DNA from: Camelus ferus
Lineage: Eukaryota
Length of the DNA stretch: 64,000 bases
Reading direction: 5' to 3'
Assembly: GCF_009834535.1 (NCBI RefSeq)
Contig: NC_045696.1
Coordinates: 76,448,001 to 76,512,000, forward strand
The translations under genes were made by a program, and so were the position numbers. Shown here piece by piece: positions 1 to 13,039 of the stretch; within the stretch, counting starts at the first letter, position 1; the number at the start of each line of letters is the position of its first letter. The notes under the pieces are model-generated. The model saw only the letters and a program-made list of their open reading frames with translations. It did not search any database and had not been told where the DNA came from.

Positions 1-1680
1 GGAAAACCACCCGAGGCCAAGCTAAAAACACAAAACAAAACTGAAAATATTAAAAGGAATAATGCCCTATACTCAGGTGGACTGAAAACATTGCCTGTTC
101 CCTTTAGCCAAATTAGAAAAATCTCAAAATTCATGGGGGACGTTAGTGAGAACACTCAAAATGGGGACTTGGCCTACACAGTGGGGAAAACTAGTCCTAG
201 ACTAAACATTGCTTTGGTCCTTCTTAACAAAGTTTTAAAGCCAGTCACAAAAGAAGCTACTGTTTCTAAGGAATTTAGGCACAACTCAGAACAAAACTCA
301 AGAATATTTATAGAAATATAAAAATATACAACAGGTAAAAATCACAAGTCTGGTATCAAACCAAAAGTTACAAAGCAAGAAAAGAAGCAGAAAATATGAC
401 CCATGAAGCCTAGAAAAATCAATTGACCAACAATTCATATAAATGATATACTTGGTCGATAAGGACATTAAAACAGTTATTGTAGCTGTATTCTATGTAT
501 TTAAGAAGCTAGAGGAAAGATTAAACACATTAACTAGAGACATGGAATATATAAAGACTCAAATTAAATTTCCAAAGATGAAAATTACAATATCTGAGAT
601 GAAAAATACACTAGATGGAATTAATGGCAGATCACACATCACAGAGGAAAACATTACTGAATTTGAATACATAACAACAGAAACTCTCCAAAGTTAAACA
701 CAATGAGATAAAAAGTCTGACAAATAAAATAAAAAGAGCTTCAGTGAGCTATGGGACAACTTTAAGAGCACCAATATACATATAATTGGAATTCCCAAAG
801 GAAAGGGAAAGAGGCAAAAAGTTGAAGTAGTAATGGTTAAATTTTTTTCAAATTTGATAAAACTATTAATTCACAGATTCAAAACCTGAAAAAACTCAAG
901 TACAGACACATGAATAAAACTATATCAAAGCATATCATAAGGAAATTACATAAAACCAGTGATTATTAGGAAATCATAAAAGCAACCAGAGACAAAAGAC
1001 ACATTACATGCAGAAGAACAAATAGATACATGTATGAAAGTAGATTTCTTGTTGAAAAGAACACAATCTAGAACATCTGGGGTATCATCTTGAAAGGACT
1101 GAAAGAAAACAACTGTCATCCTAGAATACTTTGCCAGTGAAAATATCTTTCAAAAATGAAGGCAACATAAGGGCTTCTTCAAACATAAAACAGCTTTATC
1201 ATCAACAGACATTCACTACAATAAATGTTTTAAAAAGGTATATGCAAATCTGTGTCTACATAAAGGAATGAAGAGCACCAGAAATGGAAAATACACTGGC
1301 AAATATGAAAAAATGTGTTATATTTTTAAAGTATCATCAAAAGACAACTGATTGTTTAAAGCAAAAATAATAACCATGTGGGTACACAACATATGGAGAC
1401 CTTAAAAGTAGGACATCAAAGCACAAAGCCTGGGAAGGAAGAAATGAAGGTACAGTGTAGCAAGGCTGGTATACTACATGTGAAATGGAATCGTATCACT
1501 TGAAGGTAGACGGTGATAAATTAAAGATGTAGACTACAAATAATAAAGAAACCACTTAAATAACGTAACATAGAGATACAGCTGATATGGTAATAAAGGA
1601 GATAAAACTGTCATAAGAAATAATTAATTCAAAGAAGGCAGTTAAAAAGTGAACCAAGAACAGATAACAGTGGGTTTCAA
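1..1680 (+). mobile_element. Ancient LINE-1 (L1M-type) 5'/ORF1-to-spacer fragment
   Basis: A-rich + strand. ORF 443-697 (ISEMKNTLDGINGRSHITEENITEFE) resembles the L1 ORF1p coiled coil. Downstream remnants CTATGGGACAAC..ATAATTGGAATTCC and CCTAGAATACT match the LWDN..IIGIP and PRIL regions of ORF1. Confidence 0.8.
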
Positions 1681-3879
1681 GTTTTATTAATTTTTTTTTT
1701 CTTGGCAAAACATCTTTTATATACAGAACCTTACGGTTAAGCTGAATACAATAAACAGATACAAGGAAGAGCACTGTGGTTCAAGCGAGAGTGGGAGAGC
1801 CTGGACTCCTCCCTACCTGCCTCAGTGGTTCCCAAGGCGGGGGGCGGGAGGGGGGGGCCGGTAGTGTTCCACAGCAGATTTCTGTGACCTGCTCCCACCC
1901 TAGAAGTCCTCCTTTCCCAGATGGAGAGCTGAGGACAAAAGGACTAAGTGACACACACAAAAGTGACCCTAAATTTTCTGACTCACAATTATCTCCACCA
2001 TGCTGCTGAGAAGGGAAAAATATGGGAAGTGTACAAAAACGATCCATTGTTAAATCAGAAAAAAAAGAATGAAGAAAGTCAGAAAAGCATAATGAGCATT
2101 TCTTGACAAACTTAACTACAAATATTTTTTTAACCCAAAATGAAAGCAAATATTAGGTTTTTGATCTGATATATTTCCACTAATGTTCATTAGTATTTGT
2201 TTTCCTCAATCTGTATTGGCCATTTGGGGATTTGTGACACATTAAGACAACCCAGAGAATGAACTTCAGCTATGCTGAATCTGAAATAAAAACAACTTCT
2301 TAGTTTCACTGAATAAAAACACCACACCCTGCATGTCCTGCCAAATCAGCTGAAGGTTGAGGAAATATCTTATTCTTCTGAAAAGGCCTCTTTCTCCCCT
2401 TTTCTTTTCATTCAAATGATGCAAAGATGGTATAATAAATTCTGAGATAATGGCCTTCATTATTGTAAATTGAAATCAAATGCTCTATTTTCTATCCCTG
2501 TTTCAGATTTGAAATGATTATGCTGATAAGTAGTAAAGAAAACAGACATATTAGGGATACTCCCAAATAATGTGATAGATTTATTTTTATATAACATGAG
2601 TCCTAAAAACAAACACAGCCAAGATATACTGCAGAACTTGGCTACACATTTTGGCGTATGGTTCCCTGAGCTATAGCAGTAGGAAGACTATTTCTACAGT
2701 AAATATTTAAGTGTTGAGTTGAGAGGACCATTTCATTAACACAGGTGTGACTTAGGCTGGCAGCAGAGCCAAACCTGTGTTCAATGAAGCTGCCATTCCC
2801 CAGTACAAGAATAATCTAGGCTCTGACTAGCTTCAACACTGCATCTCCAGCCAGCATTTACAAACGTTCAGTCCCCTATGTGGTATCTTAACTTCTCCAT
2901 TTCTGTGGCTTCCATTGAGTTCCAAAGTTACACAGCAAAAAATATTTATAGATTTTTTTTGTTAGAGTAGGCTAAATGAATGTAAAAGCAATATTATCAA
3001 CTTTTTAAACTAAGATTTAAAATTGTGATCACTTTGTAAATGGTTTCTTTCAAACTCTTCAATTCAGTATTGCTTTTACCCTAACCAAGATTATTTTGAA
3101 AGCCTGAGTAAAGTGGAATGAAAAATCAACAATGTCAATGAGCTTATTTTACCTTTCAGCATGTGTGAGGATGTGAAACCTAGTTCTGTGTATCAATTAC
3201 TTTTTTTAAATATGCACTTTTAAACGGGAAATTTTTTTAAAAATCAGTGATGTTGAAGTTGAATAAATAAAATTTTAGTTTTCTAAGTAAAACTCATAAG
3301 CAAATAAATCATCTAGTTTGCATAATTCAGGTTTAGCAGTATTATAAACAAGGTTTATTACTCAGCTTTTGACTTGTGGTCAAAGCTTTCACTGCTCTTC
3401 TCCTTTGAGTCAGTAGAGAACATATTTTGCATGCCTACATTTTGAAAAGAAGCTTAATCAAAATTAAAAACAACAGTGCAAAGCTCTTGAAATCCAAAAG
3501 GAGCCATAACAATTTATTAAAGTAGGATTAATACTATTAATTCTTTAATGCAAAGATTGCTTGACATTTTATCAACATTTATAAAAACACAGAGCTAGAA
3601 GAGAAACATTAAGTCACCTGTCTTCAGGTAGGTGACTGCCTAAACTTACTTATTCTCAATGGAGATGAGAGATGGAATCAGGGTAAGCTGAAAACCTCCT
3701 AAAAACTAAGCACATTCTCCCTCCCCATCAGGGCAAATGTGAGTGGCTGGGGAAACTCCTGACTTAAATCAGATGGTCAGCACCCACTCCTGCCCTTTCC
3801 TAAGAACTCTCCTCTAACCATCCTCATGATGATCTCTACAAATAAAGAGTCAATGATAATAATGACAAGGATGATAAAA

Positions 3880-4118
3880 TAATGACAGTCTTATACTAAG
3901 TGTCAATTTGCTAGTTACAAAGCCCTTTTATTTGTCTCTTTTGAGCCTCACAACAGTTCTATGAGGTAGTCACAGGGGTACTATCATCCCACTTTATAGC
4001 TGAGGGTCAAAGAAATCAAGGGCTTTCCCCAACTTCAGCTGCATATGCTAGAGCCGAGGGCTAGAATTTCAGGCTACCTGACACTCAGTTCGGTTCTCTT
4101 TCCCCTGTACAACACAGT
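3880..4118 (-). mobile_element. MIR SINE
   Basis: CCTCACAACAGTTCTATGAGGTAG...CCCACTTTATAG..TGAGG resembles the MIR core in reverse orientation. Confidence 0.7.
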
Positions 4119-4739
4119 CGCCTGTGTCATAAGGATATGGTACTCCCTGAATTTAATTTAAAAAGTTGCCCTGACTTAAATGCAAGTCAATTTCTTCATT
4201 TAGTTTCCTCACATATTATTCCACCTTCTGGATTAAGACTTCCAAATAGATATGAAAAGAAACAAAACAAAAATTCCCTCCCCCCCAAGATATTAAATTT
4301 GAGCAAAATACAGATTTAAGAACATTCTTAGGCATAGATTCACCAAAGGCAACCAAGCAAAGAAACGGGTGTAACCTGATGCCATATATCAAAAATTAAT
4401 AGCTAGGGAAAGAGAAGATTCTGAGAGAAACAAGAGAGAGCTGGTTTAACTCAGCTATTAACCCTAAGATCAGACCACCACAAGTCATCATTAGCTTCAT
4501 AAAATAAATAGAAAGTACTCAGCTTGGAACTCTTGCTCAGAGGGGAAGTTATGCTGGATTCATTGGGAAGTGAATTAAGAAGTCTTCCATACCATAAGAG
4601 AGGCAAGCCCAGACAGAACTGATCAGGCAAGAGCAGACTGAAAATAAATGTAATGGGAACTCTGAAAACATAACACAGGGAAAGAAGGAAGGGAGGGAAG
4701 AAGAAAGGACAGAAAAGACCTAGAAAGAAATCATTAACA

Positions 4740-6200
4740 CCTGCTTCGTGCCATAGCATGAAGAGAATATGAGAATATGAATTCAATAAAGCATGAGCTC
4801 AAAGATAAGATAACAATAGTAAAATGAAGATTCAACTGAAGCAATCTCATCACAGAACTAACTGATAAACTAGAGGTGACAAGGAAGAATAGACACCACT
4901 GAATATGAAATTTTAAGACAAAATACAAATTCAACTGGAATAATACTAACAAACATAGAGAAAATAAAAGACTAAAATCCCAAATAGTAATAATTGGTGT
5001 CTCTGTGCTAGAGAAACTACAAATGAAGCAGAAGCCGTGGTGAAAGGTATAGTAGCAAAAAATCCCCCATACTCTCACCCTAAGTGAAGGAAAAAACTGG
5101 ACATGCAAATCAGTTTCAAGAAAATCTAATACAGAAGGCTCGATATAGACACTACCTGGGTTAGCTACAGAACATTAAGAATAGAGGAAGAATTCTTTAG
5201 ATGTCCAGAGAAGCACATAACTACTGTGATGGTTAATTTTATGTGTCACTTTCACTGCACCACAGGGTGCCCAGACACGTAGCTAAACATTATTCTGGGT
5301 GCGTCTGTGAGGGAGTTTCTGGATAGGATTAACATGTGAATCAGGAGACTGAGTAAAGCAGATTGCTCTTCTCAATGTGGGTGCATCTTATCCAATCAGT
5401 TGAAGCCCTGAATAGAACAAAAAGGCTGAGTAAGAGGGAACTCCTCCTGCTCGACCACCTGAGCTATAACATTCATCTTGTCCAGCATTGGACTGGGACT
5501 GAACCACTCTTCTTGGGTCTTGAGCCTGCTGGCTTTCAGACTTGAACTCACACACCATCAGCTCTTCTACTTCTCAGGCTTTGGACTCAGACCGGAACTA
5601 CACATCAGCTCAACTGAGTCTCCTGTTTGGCACTTCTCAAGACTCCATAATCAAATGAGACAATTCCTTATAATAAATCTCTATAAATATCTCATATATA
5701 GGATATATGTATATATGTGTGTGTATATATATATCCTATTAGTTCTATTTCTCTGGAGAACTCTCATATACTAACAAAGATGGGAAAAAATCAGACTGGC
5801 CTCATCTCATATGTCTTCCAATAACATATGATAGCAGAAGACTAGAGAAATAGCCACAAAATTCTAATGAAAAGAAACTGACCAGGATCATTCAGTCAGT
5901 CATATGAAAACAGCCATTTTCAAACATGAAAGAACCAGGGAATATGATGCCAATGTGTCCTTTTTGAAAAAAAATTATCTGACAATGAAATTCAAACAAA
6001 AAAGAGATGAATTAAAGATCAAAGAAACTATAGTACAAAGACTAGTGGGGATCAACACTTCCATTTAAATAAAGAAATTACACAAAAATAATGAAATTAT
6101 AATTCAGAATGGAAACATTATTAATCTGGGTATTTTGAAAGTAATAATATAATAGTACCTGAGAGATGAGTAAAGAGGAGATGAAAGAGTGATAATGTTC
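4740..6200 (+). mobile_element. Highly decayed L1/HAL1-like ORF1 remnant, interrupted by an MLT2 LTR
   Basis: A-rich, with ORF1-like remnants (ATAATTGGTGTC; AAAAATCAGACTGGCCTCA) on both sides of the LTR. Confidence 0.5.
5225..5776 (+). mobile_element. MLT2-family (ERV-L) solo LTR
   Basis: Starts TGTGATGGTTAATTTTATGTGTCA, contains GACTGAGTAAAGCAGATTG, has AATAAA at about 5672 and ends TTTCTCTGGAGAAC..CTAACA. Confidence 0.85.
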
Positions 6201-7639
6201 ATGTTTTCATTTTATACCATCTAATGCTGGGCGGAAAATACCTTTACACGCTCTTCATAACCCCTTTTGTAACCTTAGAGGGATATTTAGGAAATATCCC
6301 TAATAGAGAAGAAACATTTACCTGAAGTTTAACAAATCCTCCACTTGCGTTTCATTTGATTTTTCTTCTGTTAAATTCAAATTTTTATTGAGAAATTGCA
6401 CTTATATCATGATGCCATTTTTATAAAGTATGTCTGTTTGACTGTATGCATAGAAAAATCCAGGTCCAGCCAGCGTTAATTTAACTGTGGCAGTTTCTGG
6501 GTGGTGGCATTCTTGGTGATTCACTCTCACTTTTCATTTTCACTTTCCTAAATTGTTTAAATTATTTTTCAAAGAGTAAAATAGTTTTTCTTTTAAAAAA
6601 ATACTAAAAGCTAATATACAAATATCTTACCAGTAATGGGAATATACCCAAGTATTCTTCATTTTTTTTATATAAGATTTCAATTCTAAAAATATTAAGT
6701 TGCTCCATAGCTTTGTCTTGCTATTAAAAATCTGACACCGTGTTTTAAAAGGATGATTCAAAATTCTCTCATGTACTTTTCTCTGCACCCTCTCTCAGTG
6801 GAGAGAGCTAGAGAATCTTTAGAAGGAAGAAAATTAGACCTCTCACCTTCTTCCACTGAACATAAATGCCTACGGTACCTGCAGTTTACATCCACAGAAA
6901 ATAAATTTAAATGACCCAGATATTGCCTTAAATAAGGTAGAATTCATAAAAGTGTGGGCAGTTGCAGGAGGGAGATCTAGGTTTGTATACAGACTCCCTA
7001 AATTTCTAGCTGTGTGACCTAGACAAGTTCTCCTTTCTGATTCTTAGGGGATAACACTACCAGACAGGATACGTGATGGTAGGAGTCAGACAACACCTGT
7101 AAATGAACTGGCACATATTAGGTCCTCAGTAAATGATAGCTACTAATTCTTTCAAAATAATTATTTAATTGAGATGAGGGACTGGAAGGAGAACCAATCT
7201 GGGGGACAGTCTAGAAACCTCTCAGAAGGCAGCTTTTGTCATTTCCATGACATCTATTCAGTTATTTGTCTGTGGTGGCAGAATGAGGGCCCTTCTCAGG
7301 GGAGCTGAGCTCGCCAGCCGTAACAGGAAAAGGAGCTGAAGGGTCTCTCTCCTCGGAGGCACTTTGCGGCCCCACACGCAGTGTGACCCATCCTAGACAC
7401 GAACAGAAAGAAGGCCTTTGCTCATTCTTTCATTTCATGGTGTCAGCTTTGCAGCATGTGTCTAGATTAATTTTTATGAGCCCTCAAAATGTAACATTGA
7501 CCAAGTTGTAAAGTGCAATCAGGTTGCCTGACTTCTCAGAAACCAGGTTCACAAGATAGTGCTGAGTCTTTCCGGGTGAATGAGTGACCGAAATGAAAAC
7601 CCCTTCCAGCCCTTCACTGACGCCTGGCACTGCAGGTGG

Positions 7640-7770
7640 TAACGCTGCTTTTATCCCTGGGCGCACAGGTGCGGCGGGGCCGGCTCTCAGAGCATGCGCA
7701 CTCCTCTGGCGCGCAGGCTCCATCGGAGTAGGCCGTTTACAGGGCGCACAGCTGTCCGAGAGGGACGATT
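7640..7770. promoter_or_regulatory. Small CpG-rich element with NRF1-like and GC-box motifs
   Basis: Local CpG cluster in AT-rich surroundings. GCATGCGCA at 7692-7700, GGCGGGGC at about 7673-7680, repeated GCGCA half-sites. Confidence 0.45.
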
Positions 7771-7946
7771 CCTTAATAAAACAGGCAGTGCTCCTTAGGC
7801 TGGGCTTTGTGAGACAGGAATCAACACACGCTTTGTGTAGATGAAAGATTAAAAAAAAAAAATACCGTGTTCTGGCTGCAGATCCAAGTTCAATCTCTTA
7901 TGTTCACGGAGTCTATCATCTGAGCCAGGAGCACCAAGTTTATGAG

Positions 7947-8022
7947 TATATATATATATATGTATGTATATGTATATATATATGTGTGTGTATGTATATA
8001 CACACACATATATATATACATA
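7947..8022. repeat. Compound (TA)n/(TG)n/(CA)n microsatellite
   Basis: Directly visible alternating purine-pyrimidine tract. Confidence 0.9.
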
Positions 8023-8849
8023 TTTTAGGTCCATTATTACTGGGATTATTTTCCCACTTCAATTTGGGCCTTTGTCTTCCCTTATTCTGAGGCGATGAAT
8101 AAAAAAGGTACGAAAGTACTTTGTACTACTCTGTAAAGTACCCTAAAAAAACTCTGAACTCTCAGTTGTGTGTCAAAATCTGCTGTGGGCCAGGCCTCAG
8201 GCTTAAGTACTGAAGGCTGGCAAATGCTTTCACAAACATAGCTTACATTTCTTCCATCACATGCACCTCCCTCCACAGTCGCCATTTTATTTCTTTATGC
8301 CGTGCAATGCCTGGCACTAACAGGGGCTCCATAAGTGTCCCGTGAATAAAAGAATAAAGGAATTAATGTGGAGATAATTACAATAACTTTCCAAATGGAT
8401 TTCTTACTCCCAATCTTTTCCTTCCAAGCCACAAAATGTTGCCCTGCCAGTTTCCTCCCCTCCAAATAATTCATTCCCTAGTTCAAAAATCCTCATTGGC
8501 TTCTATTTGCCTACACAGAAAAGGCCTCTTTAGCCTGGCAATCAAGGCCATACAAACCTTTTCCAATATAATATTTCTAGAATTCCCTTCATATTTCCTG
8601 GGCACCTACCAAACTCATCCACTCTCTCCTCAAACCCTACATGCTGCCCATACAATTTGTTCTGTTAATCTAGAACCCGTTTCACTCTCATCCCTATACA
8701 GCTGAATTCTGTCATGCTGGGGTTTTAAGACCTAGCAGAATGAGACCCTCAATAAATGATAAACAGTCACTGATATTTGGGAAATTTATTTCTTTTCCCT
8801 TATTACATTTTTCAAGAATAGGGCTATGTATAGCAATAGCCTTCATGAT

Positions 8850-9239
8850 TTTTTATTGAAGTTTGTTTACAATATTATATTAGTTTCAGGTGTACAATAT
8901 AGTGATTCAATATTTTTATATATTACACTCCATTTAAAGTTATTACAAAATACTGCCTATATTTCCCTATGCTGTACAATATCTCCTTGTTGCTTATTTA
9001 TATTATACATAACAGTCTGTGTGTCTAAATCCCATGTCCCTATCTTACCCCTCCCCTCCTCCTTCTTCCCACTGGTAACCACTAGTTTATTCTCTATATC
9101 TGTGAGTCTGTTTTTGTTCTGTGATATACATTCATTTGTTTAATTTTTTATCGTATGAATGATTAACAGAGTATTTGTCTTTGTCTGATTTATTTCACTA
9201 AGCATAATACTCTCTAGGTCCAACCACATTGTTGCAAAT
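8850..9239 (-). mobile_element. LINE-1 3' end fragment
   Basis: TTTTATTGAAG..TACAATATTATATTAGTTTCAGGTGTACAA...TTCACTAAGCATAATACTCTCTAGGTCCA..GTTGCAAAT; similar to the reverse complement of the 3' end of the L1 at 23161-29335. Confidence 0.85.
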
Positions 9240-9309
9240 TAGCCTTCATGATTTAAGAGCTCTGACTGGGCAATCTCTGTGTAAAGGTTGGCTGTGGGAA
9301 TAACTTCTA

Positions 9310-9693
9310 TATTAGGGCTATCCACAGAAACAGATCCAACAGGATGCATATATGTATGTGTGTGGGTGTATTTAAGCAACTGCAGAGGCTTGGTAAATCC
9401 AAAATCTACAGAGCAGGCCAAAGACCCAGGAAAGAGTACAAAGGCTGTCTGCTGATAGAATTTCTTCATGCTCAAGGAGGTCAGTCTTTGTTCTACTCAG
9501 GCTTTCAACTGATTGGATGAGGCCCACCCATATTATGGAGGACAATCTGCTTTACTCAAAGTCCACCAATTTAAATGTTAATCTCATCCAAAAAAACAAA
9601 CAAAAACCCTTCACAAAGCACCCATAATAATGTTTGACCAACTATCTGAGCACCATGGCCCAGCCAAGTTGACGCCTAAAATTAACCAACATA
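9310..9693 (-). mobile_element. MLT2-family solo LTR (internally deleted)
   Basis: TATTAGGG..CAGAAACAGA start, GATTGGATGAGGCCCACCCA, AATCTGCTTTACTCAAAGTC, ends AAAATTAACCA. Confidence 0.8.
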
Positions 9694-10699
9694 CTTTTCA
9701 ATACAGCCTCCGCCCACTACCAACCACAAAACGGAGAGTTTCTCTCTTGATCCTTGGAATTTTCCCACTTGTATTCTAGATCCATTACCAACACCAGCTC
9801 CAAGGATATTAGGCTCCTCCCATAAAATAAAAAAAGTTGGGCACAGAAAGGCAGAGAGGTTGGAGGAGGCAGTGTGGGTAGAGTAGACATTCCCCTTAGC
9901 ACAGCTGAAATTTGCACTTGCTTTTTCCAAGAAAAATACTAAGAGAAGTAAAAGGAAATGATTACAGAAAATTCAAACAAGTTGCTAAGTTCCTAAAGAA
10001 CAGGTTTCTGGTTCTACCATTGCATACTCTTTGTAGTTTTATATACCCAACACCTACCTGAGAACCAAACAGTTCTTATCCAAACAATTCCTCTTTTTAA
10101 TTCCTAGAGTTACTGCTTTACTTCCCATACCTTTTTTTTGCTCCCCTCCCTCGTAGAAGAGGAGTTGAGGTACCTGAAGACAGACTTTCCTGGGAAGGTA
10201 ACAGGTTAGGTAGTTGGAGTTTAAAGTTCGGCCAAAACCCTCATTCTTATCTCACTGTCAATAGTCATATAAGGAAATAGTTCAGGCACAGAGATGCCCT
10301 CTCTTTCTCAGGTCATGAGTTATTTTCACATAGTTCTTTCCTAACCAGTTTTACCCTTAAAATAGGAGCCAAGAACAAACCTCTGCAATGTTTACCCCAG
10401 GTCTGAATAGAACGTGGCTTAATTTCTTTTAAGAAATTTCTTGGTATGAGATGGGGACGATTTGGCCTCCTTGAAGGCAATGACCTATGCAGTTTCTATT
10501 ATTATATGATCATTCTCCTAATATAACTGAGCATAAATTCAGCTAATTTGTGCTTAGGGGTTTGCTGACAGGCCACCAGTGCATGATATGGTGTACACAC
10601 CTACATAACTATCTGCCTAGCACATCTTTTCTAAGAATTGATTCCCTCCCCACCCCTACTCTCACAACTCCTCCTCACCTACATTTTTGCCACAGCAGG

Positions 10700-11182
10700 C
10701 ACTGTATGTATACATTAGGCCCAGCTTCCTGGCTACTGTTGTTCACTTCTCCACAGCTTACCATTGGACTTAAGCCAAGCCACAGTCCTCCTAGTGGCTT
10801 GTGGCTTTGGAATGAAGTACAAATTGAACTCCTCTCTCTCCAGTGGCCCCACACTTAGATGTAAAACTCAGGTGCTTCTGGCAAGCAAGTCTTCCACCAA
10901 CTAGAGAAAGGCAGTCTGAAATGAGAGAGAGTAAAAGCAACAACCAGAGAGGCACATGAGATTGAGAAAAATCCTGACAGCCTTCTAGTCCTTGGCTCAA
11001 AGTGTTCATAACACAGCTGCATCTCTGCTCCTCTTGTGTTTGATTATTCAATGTTTCCTAGAATTTCCTCTATGGGGAGAGAAAAAACCACCAGTAACCT
11101 TCAAATAAATTGTTTTTCTTGCATAAGGTAGTTTATGTTGCGTTTCTAACATCTGCAATCAAAAGGTTCCAAAACTCATATA
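10700..11182 (+). mobile_element. Old ERVL/MaLR-type LTR remnant
   Basis: Ends with AATAAATTGTTTTTCTTGCATAAGGTAGTTT..GTTTCT..TGCAATCAAAAG, an LTR-like 3' motif. Subfamily uncertain. Confidence 0.5.
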
Positions 11183-13039
11183 ATGTGGCACTCTTCAATG
11201 CCACATTGTGAACAGATAAAAACATCACCTGATTGCTGAGAGAATTAAGTGAGATGATTAATGAAGAAGTGCTTTATCATCTGTAAAACACAATGTGTAA
11301 ATGTGGTTCTTCTAAAGTCTTTATACTCAATTAACTAGGAATAAAAATTTCTGCTTAAAGACCAAAGGGTCTGTCATGCTTCACAATTTTCTTACTTTTT
11401 CATACTTTTAGTAATATATTATCATTTTTTGCAATCTTGAGATTTACTTAATATCAAGTCATCTTTCAAATAATAGAATTTTGAATACAAAAGCAACCTG
11501 TCATAGAAGTGCAATAATAACATTTGTAAAATGCCTTATTGTACATCTAAAGCTGTAATACCTGGATGCTCAAAGATCGTGAAGTTAGCAAAACATCCTG
11601 GGGCTATTTTAAATCTTTTTAAACTTCTAAAGACAATTGTATATGCATCATATACTTATTTACACAAGCTAACTATACCATCTTATTTCATTTTGGGCTA
11701 GAGTTATATCAGTTCATTCCGGCAACTGTCTAGCTCATCTTGTTCAAAAGTTCTGATTGGTTGTTGATGATACCATAGGCATTCCTTGGATGAAACTGAG
11801 AGCTCAGACTGTCACCAAGTTGTAATATCCAAACTGAATATCCACAGCGGAACAGACCTAGGGACAAGTACTGATTGAGAGCCAAAATTAAGGAATCTGC
11901 AGCAGTGAATATTGCTCATACATTCCTATGCTTACCTAACTTCTCTTGAGTGAGATAAGTATTGTTTTATTTACTAGGAAAAAAATGTTCAAAACATGAG
12001 ATAAAGGGGAAAATCAAAAAAGGAACCCTGGGTGAGGAAAAGATTAGTAACTTCTGGTCTATTTAAAAAAAAAAAAAAGTAATCTAGTAGTTTTTCCCTA
12101 GGCATGTTCCCCCAAATACTGATTCTGAGTTATTGTAATGGAGTTATGAAAAAGTTACAGTAAAAACAAAAAAAAAAGATGCACTATATTTGGGCAACAC
12201 TGGGTCAAACTAATGTGTTTGTTTTGCTACATGATTTCTCATAGCCTTTAACATCTTTGTACTTGGTGAATTTCCAAGAGGGTGTCTCGAAAACTTATCT
12301 GACCATGGAACTCAATTTTTTTGAGGCATTTTACAAGGCTAGTAACCCATGGAACATAATTTGGGGAAAGTAGGTCTAATAAACTCTCATTAAATCCTAC
12401 CTATTTTCATTACCTATCTCACAAGAGATGTATAAACAGCTGGACCCATCAGTTGGCAGAATATATGAAATTAAAGTTGCTTCACACACTGACCAATCTC
12501 TTCCACCTCCCATCAAACCACCTTCATTTCTACCAGTGAAGTGCCATTTCTGTGGTTCTTGAATACTTTTTGCTACTCCCAAAACAGATGCTCCTGAGAA
12601 GAGAGACAAACTGGGCCAAGCACGCTCCTCAAGCACTTCCAGGAAACACCTCTAATAACACAGTCGAGTGAAATAACCCTGAGGATCTGGCTGAACCAAG
12701 CTTGAAGCAGTTGCAAGCTTTATATTTATGTCAAGTCTCCGGTTGGATTTAACATTCATACAAATGTTACATTCTACGCCACAATACATCCAAGTTTGCT
12801 TTAATATAAAAATCGTTCTAGGCCAAGCACCCGTCGATCCACCCATCCGTCTCTGGCTTCAACAGTGTTTGGATTGCGCAGAAAGCCCCTTCTTTCCGCC
12901 TCCAACCTCTTCTCCAGTCGCAAACTTGGGAACCAACCACTCAGCCGTCCTCTGCCTCCGGGAACGGCCAACACTGTTTTTGGTTTTGGTTTTGGTTTTT
13001 GAGCCCAGCTCCTTATTGTTCACCAACCACGAGCTCCCA

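Noticed and set aside
2190..3179. Coding end FHILTHAER-FSIAEVHSLGCLNVSQIPKWPIQIEENKY* from exons at 3153 and 2280
   Set aside because: Phases fit, but the upstream acceptor has no pyrimidine tract and I recognise no homologue. Not reported as a CDS.
9694..9904. Additional - strand exon with open frames
   Set aside because: Weak polypyrimidine tract, the donor overlaps the MLT2 LTR terminus, and the peptides resemble nothing I recognise.
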